The position numbers and the translations under genes were made by a program. The notes beneath the pieces are model-generated. The model saw only the letters and a list, made by a program, of their open reading frames with translations, was not told the DNA's origin and ran no database searches. 44,746 nt of DNA from Promethearchaeota archaeon (GTDB lineage Archaea > Asgardarchaeota > Thorarchaeia > Thorarchaeales > Thorarchaeaceae): positions 1 to 44,746 of the forward strand of contig JBHLPF010000026.1 in assembly GCA_048939765.1 (NCBI GenBank). Direction: 5' to 3'. Of the stretch, positions 26,777-36,814 are shown piece by piece; positions within the stretch are counted from its first letter, which is position 1; every line of letters starts with the position of its first letter.

Positions 26777-28030
26777 CTATAATTCTTGCGCATTGACAGG
26801 CGAGGATTTTGCATCACTGAGCCTAATTGCGCTTTCGTACTTGCGCATTCCCTGGACATAGATTGGGATAAGCAGAAATCCAGATAGTCCTACAAACAGG
26901 AACGGTACTATTGGGTCGATGAAGTCCCACAAGAGACCCCCAACCAGCGGAGCTGAGAATTTGGAAAATCCCATTGCCGCCTCAAACATGCCAAAACCTT
27001 CGCCTGCCCTTCCTTCATAGGCAGTGCCTAGAACCGACGACATGACGGTGTATGCCATCACACCAGTGATACTACCAATTGTGAAAAGCATGGCAATTGC
27101 TGAAAGCCCTTGCCAAGGGACTGGGAGGATGGCTGGCACAAATGCCAGAGTGAGCATTCCTATTGCTCCTACAAATACAGCTCCTGCTATTATTCTGACT
27201 TTGTTTCGCTTGTCTGCGTATTTCCCTAGGGGCGCACCGAACATCCCTGATATTACTCCTGCAGGCAGATAGACAAGCGCCAAGATGAAAAAGTCAAGTT
27301 CTGGATAATAGTGGAGAATGAATATCTCGACAAAGGGGGAGAGCAGCGATGTGATGAAAGTATCTAGTGCGGCTGCGATGAGAAGAGCAATGATGCCCGC
27401 ACCCACCGCGTTTTGTGCCTTTGGGATGGCCGTCACCCCTTTACGGACTTCAAGTGGTGGACGGTGATTGATAACAATTAGTCCGCCAATGATATTCATT
27501 ACGGCGAAGAACAGGAAAACTGCTTCAATGCTAATAATGTACATGATGCTAAATCCAACAAATGCGCCAATGACGCTGCCAGTAGCGCCATAAGATTCTC
27601 TACGTCCAAACGCCTCCGCCCTGTTTTCTCGATTTACACGTTCGGATATCTCTGCATCACTGCCCACTCGATAGAAGGCGGCACCCAATCCCCACAGCAG
27701 ACTGTTCATGATGAGGAGTTGTATGCTATTCAGCCAGATGGAAGTCGCCATTCCAAAATATGCCAGAGCTCTGACAGTAGCCCCAACTGTAATCGACTCT
27801 CTTCGACGACCACTCTTCGCAAATCTTCCCGCAATCGGTGAGAACAAGGCAGTTCCCAGTGTGAGCATTGAGAAGACAAATGCTACCTCTATTGCAGAGA
27901 CTCCCATGATAGTGTATGCAATGATTGGAATAAGGAATGATACGAGGAAGAACCCTAGACTGCAGAAGATAGTCGAGTAGTAGACTGACTTGAGAGCAGG
28001 CCAGTCACTCTTCGGCGTGCTAATCATCAT
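26777..28030 (-). CDS. MFS transporter
   Basis: About 12 TM segments; motifs NRAEAFGR, GKYADKRNK and APLVGGLLWD. Confidence 0.88.
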   Translation of the reverse strand: MMISTPKSDWPALKSVYYSTIFCSLGFFLVSFLIPIIAYTIMGVSAIEVAFVFSMLTLGTALFSPIAGRFAKSGRRRESITVGATVRALAYFGMATSIWLNSIQLLIMNSLLWGLGAAFYRVGSDAEISERVNRENRAEAFGRRESYGATGSVIGAFVGFSIMYIISIEAVFLFFAVMNIIGGLIVINHRPPLEVRKGVTAIPKAQNAVGAGIIALLIAAALDTFITSLLSPFVEIFILHYYPELDFFILALVYLPAGVISGMFGAPLGKYADKRNKVRIIAGAVFVGAIGMLTLAFVPAILPVPWQGLSAIAMLFTIGSITGVMAYTVMSSVLGTAYEGRAGEGFGMFEAAMGFSKFSAPLVGGLLWDFIDPIVPFLFVGLSGFLLIPIYVQGMRKYESAIRLSDAKSSPVNAQEL

Positions 28031-28075
28031 GATCTCGTATATTCTCGCTGACTTGGATTAAAGCCTTTGCAGGAG

Positions 28076-29062
28076 TCAGAGTGCATAGCATGCCACGAAG
28101 TGGCCTGGTGACACCTCTACTAGGTTGGGTTCTTCCGTCTTGCAGTATTCTTCATTATATTCCTGGCATCTTGGCTTGAATCGGCAGCCATCAGGCAGGT
28201 CAATAGGAGTTGGTGTTTCTCCCGGGAGAAGTATCCTATCTCTTTCCTCGGTCGGGTCTGGTATTGGAATATTGGAAACAAGCGCCTTTGTATATGGATG
28301 GATAGGGTCTTGGATCACAGTTTCCATTGGACCCATCTCCGCAATGCGTCCCAAATACATGACAATGCAATAGTCACCGATGTATCTAGCTTGGGCGAGA
28401 TCATGTGTTATGAAGATGTAAGTTAATCCATGTTCCTTCTGCAATGCGCCCATTAGATTCATGATTTCAGTGCGAATACTTGCATCAAGCATAGATACAG
28501 GCTCATCAGCTATGATGAGTTTGGGTTTGAGGATAAGCGAACGTGCAACGGCCACACGTTGAAGCTGACCTCCACTGAGTTCGTGCGTATATCGCCGAGC
28601 GAAGTCTTTTGCAGGGACAAGCCTCACATCGTCAAGTACTTCCAATACTCTTTCACGAACGACCTCCTCATCTTCTTCAAGCGAGTGTATTTCCAGACCT
28701 TCACCCACTAGTCGCTCAACTGTGAGTCTTGGGTCAAGGACCTCGAATGGATTCTGGAAAATCAACTGCATTCTTAATCGCAGATCCCGAAGCTCCTCAC
28801 GAGTCAAATCATAGATACTCTTGCCCTCGAACTCAACGGATCCTGCAGTAGGCTCGACAAGGCGGAGGATAGTTCTTGCAAGTGTCGTTTTCCCACAACC
28901 GCTCTCTCCAACGATGCACACAGAACCCCCATCTTGGACATCAAAGCTTACTCCATCAACTGCTTTGACATATCTTGTTTCGCTGAAGAAGGAAAACAGG
29001 CCCGTGCGAACGGGGAACCATTTCTTCAGGTCCCGGACACTGAGAATAGACTTTGAGCTCAC
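28076..29062 (-). CDS. oppF: Peptide ABC ATPase, OppF type
   Basis: Motifs [26 protein letters not shown] and GCRFKPRC. Confidence 0.95.
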   Translation of the reverse strand: MSSKSILSVRDLKKWFPVRTGLFSFFSETRYVKAVDGVSFDVQDGGSVCIVGESGCGKTTLARTILRLVEPTAGSVEFEGKSIYDLTREELRDLRLRMQLIFQNPFEVLDPRLTVERLVGEGLEIHSLEEDEEVVRERVLEVLDDVRLVPAKDFARRYTHELSGGQLQRVAVARSLILKPKLIIADEPVSMLDASIRTEIMNLMGALQKEHGLTYIFITHDLAQARYIGDYCIVMYLGRIAEMGPMETVIQDPIHPYTKALVSNIPIPDPTEERDRILLPGETPTPIDLPDGCRFKPRCQEYNEEYCKTEEPNLVEVSPGHFVACYAL

Positions 29063-30039
29063 TGGATATCACCACCGAAATCAAGCTGCCCTGCGAAGTG
29101 GCATCTGGCGAAATGTCCTGGTTCAAGCTCTCTGAACTCAGGAAATTCTGCCTTGCATATGTCTTGGGCATATGGACATCTAGGATGGAATTTGCAGCCG
29201 GGTGGCGGATAAAGCAGATTGGGCGGCGAGCCAGGTATGAACTCGAGATGACGCTTTGGTCCCTTGATGCTTGGGAACGCCCCTATCAGTTTGTAGGTGT
29301 AGGGATGGAGTGACTCCTTGAACACTGCCTTTGTTGTTCCTAGCTCCACTATGTTGCCGGCGTACATGATTCCAGTGTTTGTGCAGTTCTCAGCCACGAC
29401 TGAGAGATCATGAGTTATGAAGAGAACTGCAAGGTCGTATTTCTTCTGCAGCTTTCTAAGCAGGTCGAGAATCTTATTCTGCACCACAACATCAAGCGCT
29501 GTCACTGGTTCATCAGCTATGATTAGCTTAGGATCACATGCTAGAGCCTGGGCAATAATGGCGCGCTGCAACATCCCGCCACTGAACTCGTGAGGATAGT
29601 CCATGACTCGTTTGGGTTCCAGACCGACTTCGTCAAAGAGCGCCTTGACTTTATCCGAAGCTTCCTCTTCTGAAACCTCGGTTTTCTCACGCATTACTTC
29701 GATTATCTGAGCCCCAATGCGTAAGACGGGATTGAATGCGTTCATTGCATATTGAAATACGATTGATGCACTTCTCCATCGAATTCTCCTCATCTCTTCC
29801 GCAGTCTTCTCGATGAGGTCATCTCCGTCCAATAGAATTTGTCCGCCAACAATCTTGCCGTTCTCTGGAAGTATTCGTAGGATGCTGTAAGCTGTTGTGG
29901 TCTTTCCACATCCCGATTCTCCTGCGAGGCCCAATGTTTCTTGTCGGTCAATCTCCAGTGATACATTCTCGACAGCTCGTACTGGCTTCCCTCCAAGGTA
30001 GTAGTGAGTGGTCAAATCGCGAAGCTCCAGGACGGGCAC
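29059..30039 (-). CDS. oppD: Peptide ABC ATPase, OppD type
   Basis: Motifs [26 protein letters not shown] and GCKFHPRC. Confidence 0.95.
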   Translation of the reverse strand: MPVLELRDLTTHYYLGGKPVRAVENVSLEIDRQETLGLAGESGCGKTTTAYSILRILPENGKIVGGQILLDGDDLIEKTAEEMRRIRWRSASIVFQYAMNAFNPVLRIGAQIIEVMREKTEVSEEEASDKVKALFDEVGLEPKRVMDYPHEFSGGMLQRAIIAQALACDPKLIIADEPVTALDVVVQNKILDLLRKLQKKYDLAVLFITHDLSVVAENCTNTGIMYAGNIVELGTTKAVFKESLHPYTYKLIGAFPSIKGPKRHLEFIPGSPPNLLYPPPGCKFHPRCPYAQDICKAEFPEFRELEPGHFARCHFAGQLDFGGDIQ

Positions 30040-30040
30040 T

Positions 30041-31585
30041 CTATCCTCCCCTCCCCCGAAGACGTGGATTGACGACCTTGTCGGCTGCGTGACTTACGAA
30101 TGCGAAAGCCAATGTTGTAAGCATTATCATGACTCCAGGTGGGATGATCCACCACCAGCTTTGGTTCACTAATGCACCACCTTTGGATGCCCAATGGAGC
30201 ACGATTCCCCAGCTAGGCTGACCATGAATGTCTACGAATCCGAGGAAGGCAATACCAGCTTCACTAAGAATAGCAGCCACCACGCCTATGATTACATTTG
30301 CCAGTATAAGCGGCAGAGTGTTGGGCAGAATGTGACGAAATAGAATGTAACTGTCTGACGCACCTATCGCATGAGCCGCCTCTGTAAGTGGACGCTCGCG
30401 TAAAGAAAGCGCTTCGCTCCGGACCATTCGTGCAGTTCCGGTCCATCCAAGAATCGCGATCACTAGAATCACGTTCTGTAGTCCCTGCCCAAATAATACT
30501 AGGAAGATCAGCATTAGTGGAAGATAAGGCAGGCATAGGAACACATCTGTAATCCGCATCAGAACCGTATCGAGGAAGCCACCATAGTAACCTGAAGCCA
30601 GTCCAACTATAGTGCCAATTAGGACCGCCACAATGCTTGCTGAGAATCCCACAATGAGAGAGATTTGCGTACCCCAGATCACCCTGCTATAGATGTCTGA
30701 ACCATCCTGGTTTGTTCCAAATATATGCTCAGGACTGGGCGGCGCATAGAAGTCTGCTGGGTTGGTTGAAACATATGACCAGTGATATGGGGCAATAAAA
30801 GGAGCAAAAACGGCAAGAAGCACAATTGCCAGTATCAATGCAAACCCAAACAACCCCATCCGGTTTCGAACGAAGTCGCCCCAAAACGATTCAATCCCTC
30901 GTCGTAGGCCGTATATGCTCTTCAATACTCTGGGCAACAGTACGAATAGCGGTATCACGAAAAACATAGCACTCAAGGAGATAATCTCCAAATTGAATCG
31001 GGACAGAAGAATACCCAATGGTGGTGATAGAACTCTCGGCAGAATGTTGGCACCTACGACATCCTCAGTGAGGAACATCTCCAATGCCATCCAAGTGCCT
31101 ATGATACCAACAACCGAGAAGTGGTAGTATGACAATTTCTTGGTTGACCAATGAGATATCTGTCGTGGAGTCCAAAAGAATAGTCCAAAGAATGTAATCA
31201 GTCCAGCTCCTGTGCCTATTGTGATAAGAACAAACCAAGCGACACCGACTTGTAATAGCCTAGATGCAATTCGCCCTGGCCTTTTCTCATAGACCTGTCT
31301 ACCCAGAAATCCAATCCATAAAACCATCACAAGCAGAATAATCCCTATGATGCGAACCACTAGAGTATAGGCTTCTGTATTATTGAAGTTCAATCCTGCA
31401 AACGCAACTGCAACCCATTGCGCGGCATAAGCAATGGCTGCATCTGCGGCGACGATGGTAAACACAGCCATAAGAATGATGGCACCGATGCCCACAAGAC
31501 GAACATGCCATGCCTTGGGTGGTGCCTCAGGCATTTGCAGTGGCTGGTAATCAAGAGTGGCTGCCTGGACATCAGAATCTGTCAA
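30041..31585 (-). CDS. oppC: Peptide ABC permease, OppC type, with large N-terminal TM extension
   Basis: Motifs HIFGTNQDGSDIYSRV, MRITDVFL and TEAAHAIGASD; about 240 extra N-terminal residues with ~5-6 TM segments. Confidence 0.92.
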   Translation of the reverse strand: MTDSDVQAATLDYQPLQMPEAPPKAWHVRLVGIGAIILMAVFTIVAADAAIAYAAQWVAVAFAGLNFNNTEAYTLVVRIIGIILLVMVLWIGFLGRQVYEKRPGRIASRLLQVGVAWFVLITIGTGAGLITFFGLFFWTPRQISHWSTKKLSYYHFSVVGIIGTWMALEMFLTEDVVGANILPRVLSPPLGILLSRFNLEIISLSAMFFVIPLFVLLPRVLKSIYGLRRGIESFWGDFVRNRMGLFGFALILAIVLLAVFAPFIAPYHWSYVSTNPADFYAPPSPEHIFGTNQDGSDIYSRVIWGTQISLIVGFSASIVAVLIGTIVGLASGYYGGFLDTVLMRITDVFLCLPYLPLMLIFLVLFGQGLQNVILVIAILGWTGTARMVRSEALSLRERPLTEAAHAIGASDSYILFRHILPNTLPLILANVIIGVVAAILSEAGIAFLGFVDIHGQPSWGIVLHWASKGGALVNQSWWWIIPPGVMIMLTTLAFAFVSHAADKVVNPRLRGRGG

Positions 31586-31598
31586 AGCTTTCCTCCTC

Positions 31599-32591
31599 CT
31601 AATATCGTATCCGCGGATCTAGGTACAGATAGATGAGATCTGCGGCAAGGTTTGCAATAACAGTCACGGCGGTGTAGAATAGGAATATTCCCTGCAAAAC
31701 CGGATAGTCCTTAGAAAGAACCGAGTTATAGGTCAGCAAGCCCAATCCTGACCAGCTAAAAACGAACTCGGTCATTATGGCGCCGCCAATAAGGTATGGA
31801 ATGTTTACCGCAATCACGCTGACCATAGGCAACATGGCGTTGCGCATGGCATGACCATAGAGTATCGTACGCTCTTTGAGACCCTTTGCACGAGCGGCTA
31901 GCATATAGTCCTGAGTAAACACATCAAGGACAGTATCGCGCATTATCAAGTAGAAGCCCCCGATGAACGACAAAGTGAGTACAAGACATGGGCCAGCCAT
32001 GTGCCAGGCGTAGTCACGGATATAGTCCAAGAAATTAGCATGAATGTATCCCCGCGTAATGGTTCCTGCGATAGGGATTAGATTAAAGTAAAACCCGAAG
32101 AATAGTAACATTAGCAAGCCTATCCAGAACACAGGGATGGAGTAGGCTACCAGAAAGAACACAGTTGAACCCGTGTCAAGTTTGCTATCTCTCCGTGCAG
32201 CAGCAATGACTCCAAAGAACATGCCGATTATGGTCGATATGATCAGAGAAACTCCCATCAACACGAACGTGTTCATGAATCTGTAGCCAAAGATTGTTTC
32301 AAAGACCGGTTCGCCGAAGTGTGAAAACGAGGTCCCCAAGTCCCCTTGGAGGAGATTGGCAATGTATAATACAAACTGCTCAAAGAGGGGTCTATCAAGT
32401 CCGAATCTGGCTACTATTGTTTGGCGAAGCTCAGGGGGCATGTTTTCACGTATAAGCGAAGCCCTGGGATCCCCGGGCATGATTCGAAATATGAAGAAAT
32501 TCACTGTAATTATGACAAACAAGATCAATATTGTCTGTCCTAATCGTTGTAGAATATAGCGTCTTGTTCCTATTGATTTTCGGGCAGCCAA
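31599..32591 (-). CDS. oppB: Peptide ABC permease, OppB type
   Basis: Motifs YILQRL, MPGDP, GLDRPLFEQF, DYMLAARAKGL and LDPRIRY. Confidence 0.95.
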   Translation of the reverse strand: MAARKSIGTRRYILQRLGQTILILFVIITVNFFIFRIMPGDPRASLIRENMPPELRQTIVARFGLDRPLFEQFVLYIANLLQGDLGTSFSHFGEPVFETIFGYRFMNTFVLMGVSLIISTIIGMFFGVIAAARRDSKLDTGSTVFFLVAYSIPVFWIGLLMLLFFGFYFNLIPIAGTITRGYIHANFLDYIRDYAWHMAGPCLVLTLSFIGGFYLIMRDTVLDVFTQDYMLAARAKGLKERTILYGHAMRNAMLPMVSVIAVNIPYLIGGAIMTEFVFSWSGLGLLTYNSVLSKDYPVLQGIFLFYTAVTVIANLAADLIYLYLDPRIRY

Positions 32592-32682
32592 TACGAATCA
32601 CCTGCTGTTTTCTTCATAGTTTGACTCATTGTGGAAATTGTCCTCTAAAGGGTATCGGATAGCGCGTGTAGAGTTTGAGGGC

Positions 32683-32726
32683 GAAGAAAAATGAGAAAGA
32701 AAGAGCAAACATGCTGCTCTTCCTTT
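32683..32726 (-). terminator. Hairpin plus U-tract between oppA and oppB
   Basis: 12-bp stem AAAGGAAGAGCA/UGCUCUUUCUUU on the minus strand (one G-U pair), followed by CUCAUUUUUCUUC. Confidence 0.6.
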
Positions 32727-32736
32727 TCTTTGGATT

Positions 32737-34506
32737 CTACTTCCTCTTCAAGAAGACGTATGTAACAATAACACCTACCAAGAGCGCTCCTGCTCCTATG
32801 CCTGCAATAAGGAGAAGATCAGGACCTGGTTCAGGAAGTGACGCACCTGGAAATTCTCGGATGCCATCGTTGTCTATGTCAAGGTAACCAGCGTCATCAA
32901 GAATCTGGTTTGCCATGTCGGTTTCCGAATCCGGCCAGTCTCCATCAGGATTATAGTAGCCAGGATAGAATGTCGCTGGCATGGTGTTGTTTGTGATAGT
33001 GCCAAATCCAAGTCTTCCCACTTGAACTAGATATTCTCTGTCCATGGCGTATGCTATTGCTCGTCGTACTGCAATTTCGTCGAGGCCTGGAATGGTTAGG
33101 TTGAAGCCAATGTAGTAGTCCCATTGAGATGGAAGTCCCGTGACGAGATCAAGCTCTGGGGCGTTTAGGATTGTGTTCACGTACGCTCCGAAGACTTCAT
33201 AGCGTTCGGTATCCGCAGCTCCGCTCCTCATCGCAAGAATTCGCGCATCCTGTCCTTGAACTACGTCAATTCGCACCGCTTCGATATTCGGCAGCTGACC
33301 AACGTAAGGATTGTCTGGTCCCCACCACTGGTCATTTCTGACAACGGTGGTGTACTCATCCGGAACGCGAGCGCTATACATGAATGGTCCAGAGCCGATT
33401 TGTGCAGTGAAGTTGGTGGGGTCATCCCAGCGAGCGTCATCAGACGGGATTCCTTCACGAATGTGCTTCGGCAGGATGTACATCTCGCCAAGCTCATTGA
33501 GGGCAGCAGCCCATGGTTGGTCAATGTCTACAGATATGACCATCCCATCTATAGTGACGTCCGTGACATGCTGCATGAAGGTCCATGCAACACCATCTTC
33601 AGGCCCGTCTCTCATATACTCGAATGAGAACTTCACATCTTCTGGTGTTACGTCAGTGTCATCATGCCATTTTGCACCTGACCTGAGCGTGAAATTGACT
33701 TGCATACCATCGCTGGATATTGCGTATGATTCAGCCAACCAGGGAATCGGATTGAGTCCCAGATCGTACGATATGAGTGTGTCGTATACGAGCATATCAT
33801 ACCAATGCGATCTCTCGCTGCGCCAGAAGAATGGATTCAGCTCAGCGATATCTGATGGAAATGCCATGATGAAGGTCTTGGTAAGTCCTGTATCGACTCT
33901 CACGTTGCTTGTGTTGTACATGAAGATCATGGTCTGCGGGTTGAAAGAGGTGAAGATTCCACCATTCTTCAATGTGTAGTTAGTCCATTCCTTTCTTATT
34001 GCATGAGTGTCATCTGAGAGATATAGGGGAACATAGGCGATATTCTCCTTTGCCATCACCTGAATTACTCTAGCCTTCTCTGCAACTTCGGACGGCGTTG
34101 CACCTAGAAAATCTTCTATGGCTGCGTCAAACGTTGCATTGCTGAGACCGAATGGGTTAGTACCCCAGTCAACGATATTCTCCGAGTGACAGAAGGACCA
34201 TAGTCGGTCGGGAAAAGGAAAGAAGCCTTCACTCATCTCATACATCTGGAATATTCTGGGTTCTTGGTAGATTCCTTCATACATCGGATCGTCATCTTTG
34301 ATCTCGACGTCTACATTAATGCCTATTTCGTCAAGCAGTACTTTGATTCCTGTACCGGTCGCCACACTGATATCATCCCAAGAGAGCGTCCATAACGGGA
34401 AGCTCAACTCAGGTGTAACGTCCATTTGCGCTACAACTGGCACACCTGCAACAGGAAGAACTAGGAAAGCTGCTAAAACAAGACAGGCAATCTGTTGCTT
34501 TTTCAT
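32737..34506 (-). CDS. oppA: Family-5 ABC substrate-binding protein, circularly permuted, with signal peptide and C-terminal TM anchor
   Basis: Start MKKQQIAC at 34506 after a GGAG-rich RBS. Motifs VYDTL, PWLAESY, FTLRSGAKWHD, DVKFSF, GSGPF and VRRAIAYAMDR. C-terminal TM followed by KRK. Confidence 0.9.
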   Translation of the reverse strand: MKKQQIACLVLAAFLVLPVAGVPVVAQMDVTPELSFPLWTLSWDDISVATGTGIKVLLDEIGINVDVEIKDDDPMYEGIYQEPRIFQMYEMSEGFFPFPDRLWSFCHSENIVDWGTNPFGLSNATFDAAIEDFLGATPSEVAEKARVIQVMAKENIAYVPLYLSDDTHAIRKEWTNYTLKNGGIFTSFNPQTMIFMYNTSNVRVDTGLTKTFIMAFPSDIAELNPFFWRSERSHWYDMLVYDTLISYDLGLNPIPWLAESYAISSDGMQVNFTLRSGAKWHDDTDVTPEDVKFSFEYMRDGPEDGVAWTFMQHVTDVTIDGMVISVDIDQPWAAALNELGEMYILPKHIREGIPSDDARWDDPTNFTAQIGSGPFMYSARVPDEYTTVVRNDQWWGPDNPYVGQLPNIEAVRIDVVQGQDARILAMRSGAADTERYEVFGAYVNTILNAPELDLVTGLPSQWDYYIGFNLTIPGLDEIAVRRAIAYAMDREYLVQVGRLGFGTITNNTMPATFYPGYYNPDGDWPDSETDMANQILDDAGYLDIDNDGIREFPGASLPEPGPDLLLIAGIGAGALLVGVIVTYVFLKRK

Positions 34507-34644
34507 GATATTCTCTCCACTCCTGCGTGTCACCGGAAAGAGCAAGCCTTCCCAGTAATGCAGTGGAAAACAAGTGGAAACCACGTGTTTAAGGATTTCG
34601 AACATTCCAATCCTCAATATACTTTCGTTCTGCGTAAGATAATC

Positions 34645-35457
34645 CTAGGAATCTGTCGAATTAAGGGCTGAGAATTGTCGATGCACAAGGCTCATAGCGT
34701 CCTCATTCAGCTGGCAAAGACGAGTCAATGCTCGACCAAATGATACTGCTTCCCGTAATGAACCGGTAGTCGGCGATTCGAGGAACACGAGTCTCCGACT
34801 TTGCGTTTCAAGGTTCCGAAACTCAGTCATGGTTGTATGCACCCAAAAGCGTGAACCGAGCTTGCCTCGGATAATTCTGCTGTCCTGTGGACAATCCATC
34901 ACCAAAGATGATGCGACAAGAATTCCCTGACTAGGTCGACGTCCTTCCTCCATGTCTTCCTGCCTCCTAATAGAGTCGGGCAACCTAGGTATAAGGAAGG
35001 ACAAAGCCGCTCTTTTGTCAGCTTGTGATTTCCTGACTTCATCTTCAGAATCGTCTAGGTTTCTTTGCGCAGTCATTCTGCGTGCTATCAGGTCGTCAAC
35101 CAGTGCTTGGACACAGGAATCCTCAAGATCGGAATTGGCTGTGCTATGGGTGCTCTGCTCGTCCTCAATCCAGCTGAAATGTGCATATCGGGGTCTCCAA
35201 AGAAGTAGTTGCTGGTCTGGCGTGAGAGATACATTCGAGATGGATTCGTCAATCAATGACCGGCAATCCGTAGCATCTTCCTTCAGATACCATATGACTT
35301 CTCGGAAGGGTCTTAACAACGGGGGGAAATTCACAATCTCTTCTGCTAACTCTCTTCTCAGGACTCCTTTCCTTCGAACCTGTTGCTGCATGAACGCGCT
35401 TACTCTATCCATGTCAAGGGAGTTATTACGTAGTATACGCACAACCAAGCCGCCCAA
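34645..35457 (-). CDS. Hypothetical soluble protein
   Basis: 270-aa ORF filling the gap between co-oriented genes; no recognisable motif. Confidence 0.6.
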   Translation of the reverse strand: MGGLVVRILRNNSLDMDRVSAFMQQQVRRKGVLRRELAEEIVNFPPLLRPFREVIWYLKEDATDCRSLIDESISNVSLTPDQQLLLWRPRYAHFSWIEDEQSTHSTANSDLEDSCVQALVDDLIARRMTAQRNLDDSEDEVRKSQADKRAALSFLIPRLPDSIRRQEDMEEGRRPSQGILVASSLVMDCPQDSRIIRGKLGSRFWVHTTMTEFRNLETQSRRLVFLESPTTGSLREAVSFGRALTRLCQLNEDAMSLVHRQFSALNSTDS

Positions 35458-35557
35458 TTTGCACTAGACCAAAAGGTAGACCCTCAACTGATAAGGATTC
35501 TCCGAGGTTTCTTTTGCTATCAGCTGGAGTTGGAAAAAGAAGTCGTGAGAACACCTC

Positions 35558-36814
35558 TTAGGAATCATCTATGGACTCTTCAGGCAGTTCCTTGACCAGA
35601 ATCAGAGCAACAGGTAATGGCATTGTGATTATTAAGAGACCGAAAAACAGTCCAGCAGAACTCCCAAAGATGTACTGCGCCAATGGATCAGAATATTGGG
35701 GCTCTGTGACTTGCTCTCCCGCTGCAGGCAGAATCCAATTTGTGAGAATCCTGCTAGCGTATATTGATGGATCAGAACTTCTTGCAGTGAAGACTGCGAC
35801 GATGTCATGTTCGGGGACCACTATGATGCTTTGTCCACCCCATCCAAACGCCGAGTACGCCCCCAATTCCGAATGAACCCACCACTGATAACCATATCCG
35901 ATACTCTCAATGAGTCCAGGAGCTTCTCTCAATGTCGTATTGACAAAAGGCGAAGTTGCCTCATTAATCCATCCATGAGCTATAATCTGTTCTCCATCCC
36001 ATTGACCATCTCGAAGATACAAATATCCTATTTTGGCCATGTCAAGAGGCCGGAGCCTCAGCTGCGTGCCACCAATTGTTATCCCTTTGGGATCCTCGGA
36101 CCATTCAAAATCAGGAATTCCGAGACGGGTGAAGAGCTGCGTTCGCGCAAATTCGGACATCGTGGCTCCTGTGGCAATTTGCAGAATCGCAGAAAGAAGA
36201 TGTGAGGCTCCTGTGTTATACACAAACTTCAAACCGGGCTCAGACTCCATCGGACGGTCCAACACATATTGTATCCAGTCTGAAGTTCTTGTCATCTGGT
36301 CAAAGTCACTTTCACTCTCTCTATACAGTTCTGTCCAGTCAAAGCCTGCAGTCATTGTAAGAAGGTGCTTGATGGTGATTGAATTCTTCCGGCTATCCAT
36401 GTTTTCAATAGATCGGTCTTTGAAGAACCCAAGCACGCTTTCGTTGACTCCATCAATGTACCCATTATCAATCGCAATCCCATAGAGTGTTGAAGTGATG
36501 CTTTTTGTGCACGAGAAGATTTGATGAGTTGAATTCGGTCCATATGTAGATGGATACTCTTCCATGATTACATAGCCATTTTTCACAATTACAATGCTAT
36601 CGACGCTGACATTGTTGGTCTGATAGTATTCCAGCATATTATGCAATATGTCGGGGTCCATGTTCTGAAGTTCCGGGGCTGAAGTCCTCCACTCATCCTG
36701 TGGAAAGTAGTCGGTATCAGCCGCGGATGTATGAATTGCCATGTGGGTTCCAAACGCCATTGGAACTATGAGCAAAATGGTAGTTAGGACAGGGTATACA
36801 GTATGGAGATTCAT
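35558..36814 (-). CDS. Beta-lactamase/AmpC-family serine hydrolase with signal peptide and C-terminal TM anchor
   Basis: Motifs SCTK (SxxK), LLTMTAG, PGLKFVYNT, DMAKIGYLYLRDG, YGYQWW and AFGWGGQ. Start 36814 preferred (ORF track gives 36886). Confidence 0.9.
   Translation of the reverse strand: MNLHTVYPVLTTILLIVPMAFGTHMAIHTSAADTDYFPQDEWRTSAPELQNMDPDILHNMLEYYQTNNVSVDSIVIVKNGYVIMEEYPSTYGPNSTHQIFSCTKSITSTLYGIAIDNGYIDGVNESVLGFFKDRSIENMDSRKNSITIKHLLTMTAGFDWTELYRESESDFDQMTRTSDWIQYVLDRPMESEPGLKFVYNTGASHLLSAILQIATGATMSEFARTQLFTRLGIPDFEWSEDPKGITIGGTQLRLRPLDMAKIGYLYLRDGQWDGEQIIAHGWINEATSPFVNTTLREAPGLIESIGYGYQWWVHSELGAYSAFGWGGQSIIVVPEHDIVAVFTARSSDPSIYASRILTNWILPAAGEQVTEPQYSDPLAQYIFGSSAGLFFGLLIITMPLPVALILVKELPEESIDDS

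Noticed and set aside
33256-33979. Long antisense ORFs (33311..33979; also 6376..6975, 34952..35467, 36033..36485)
   Set aside because: Shadow frames opposite better-supported genes, with no motifs of their own.
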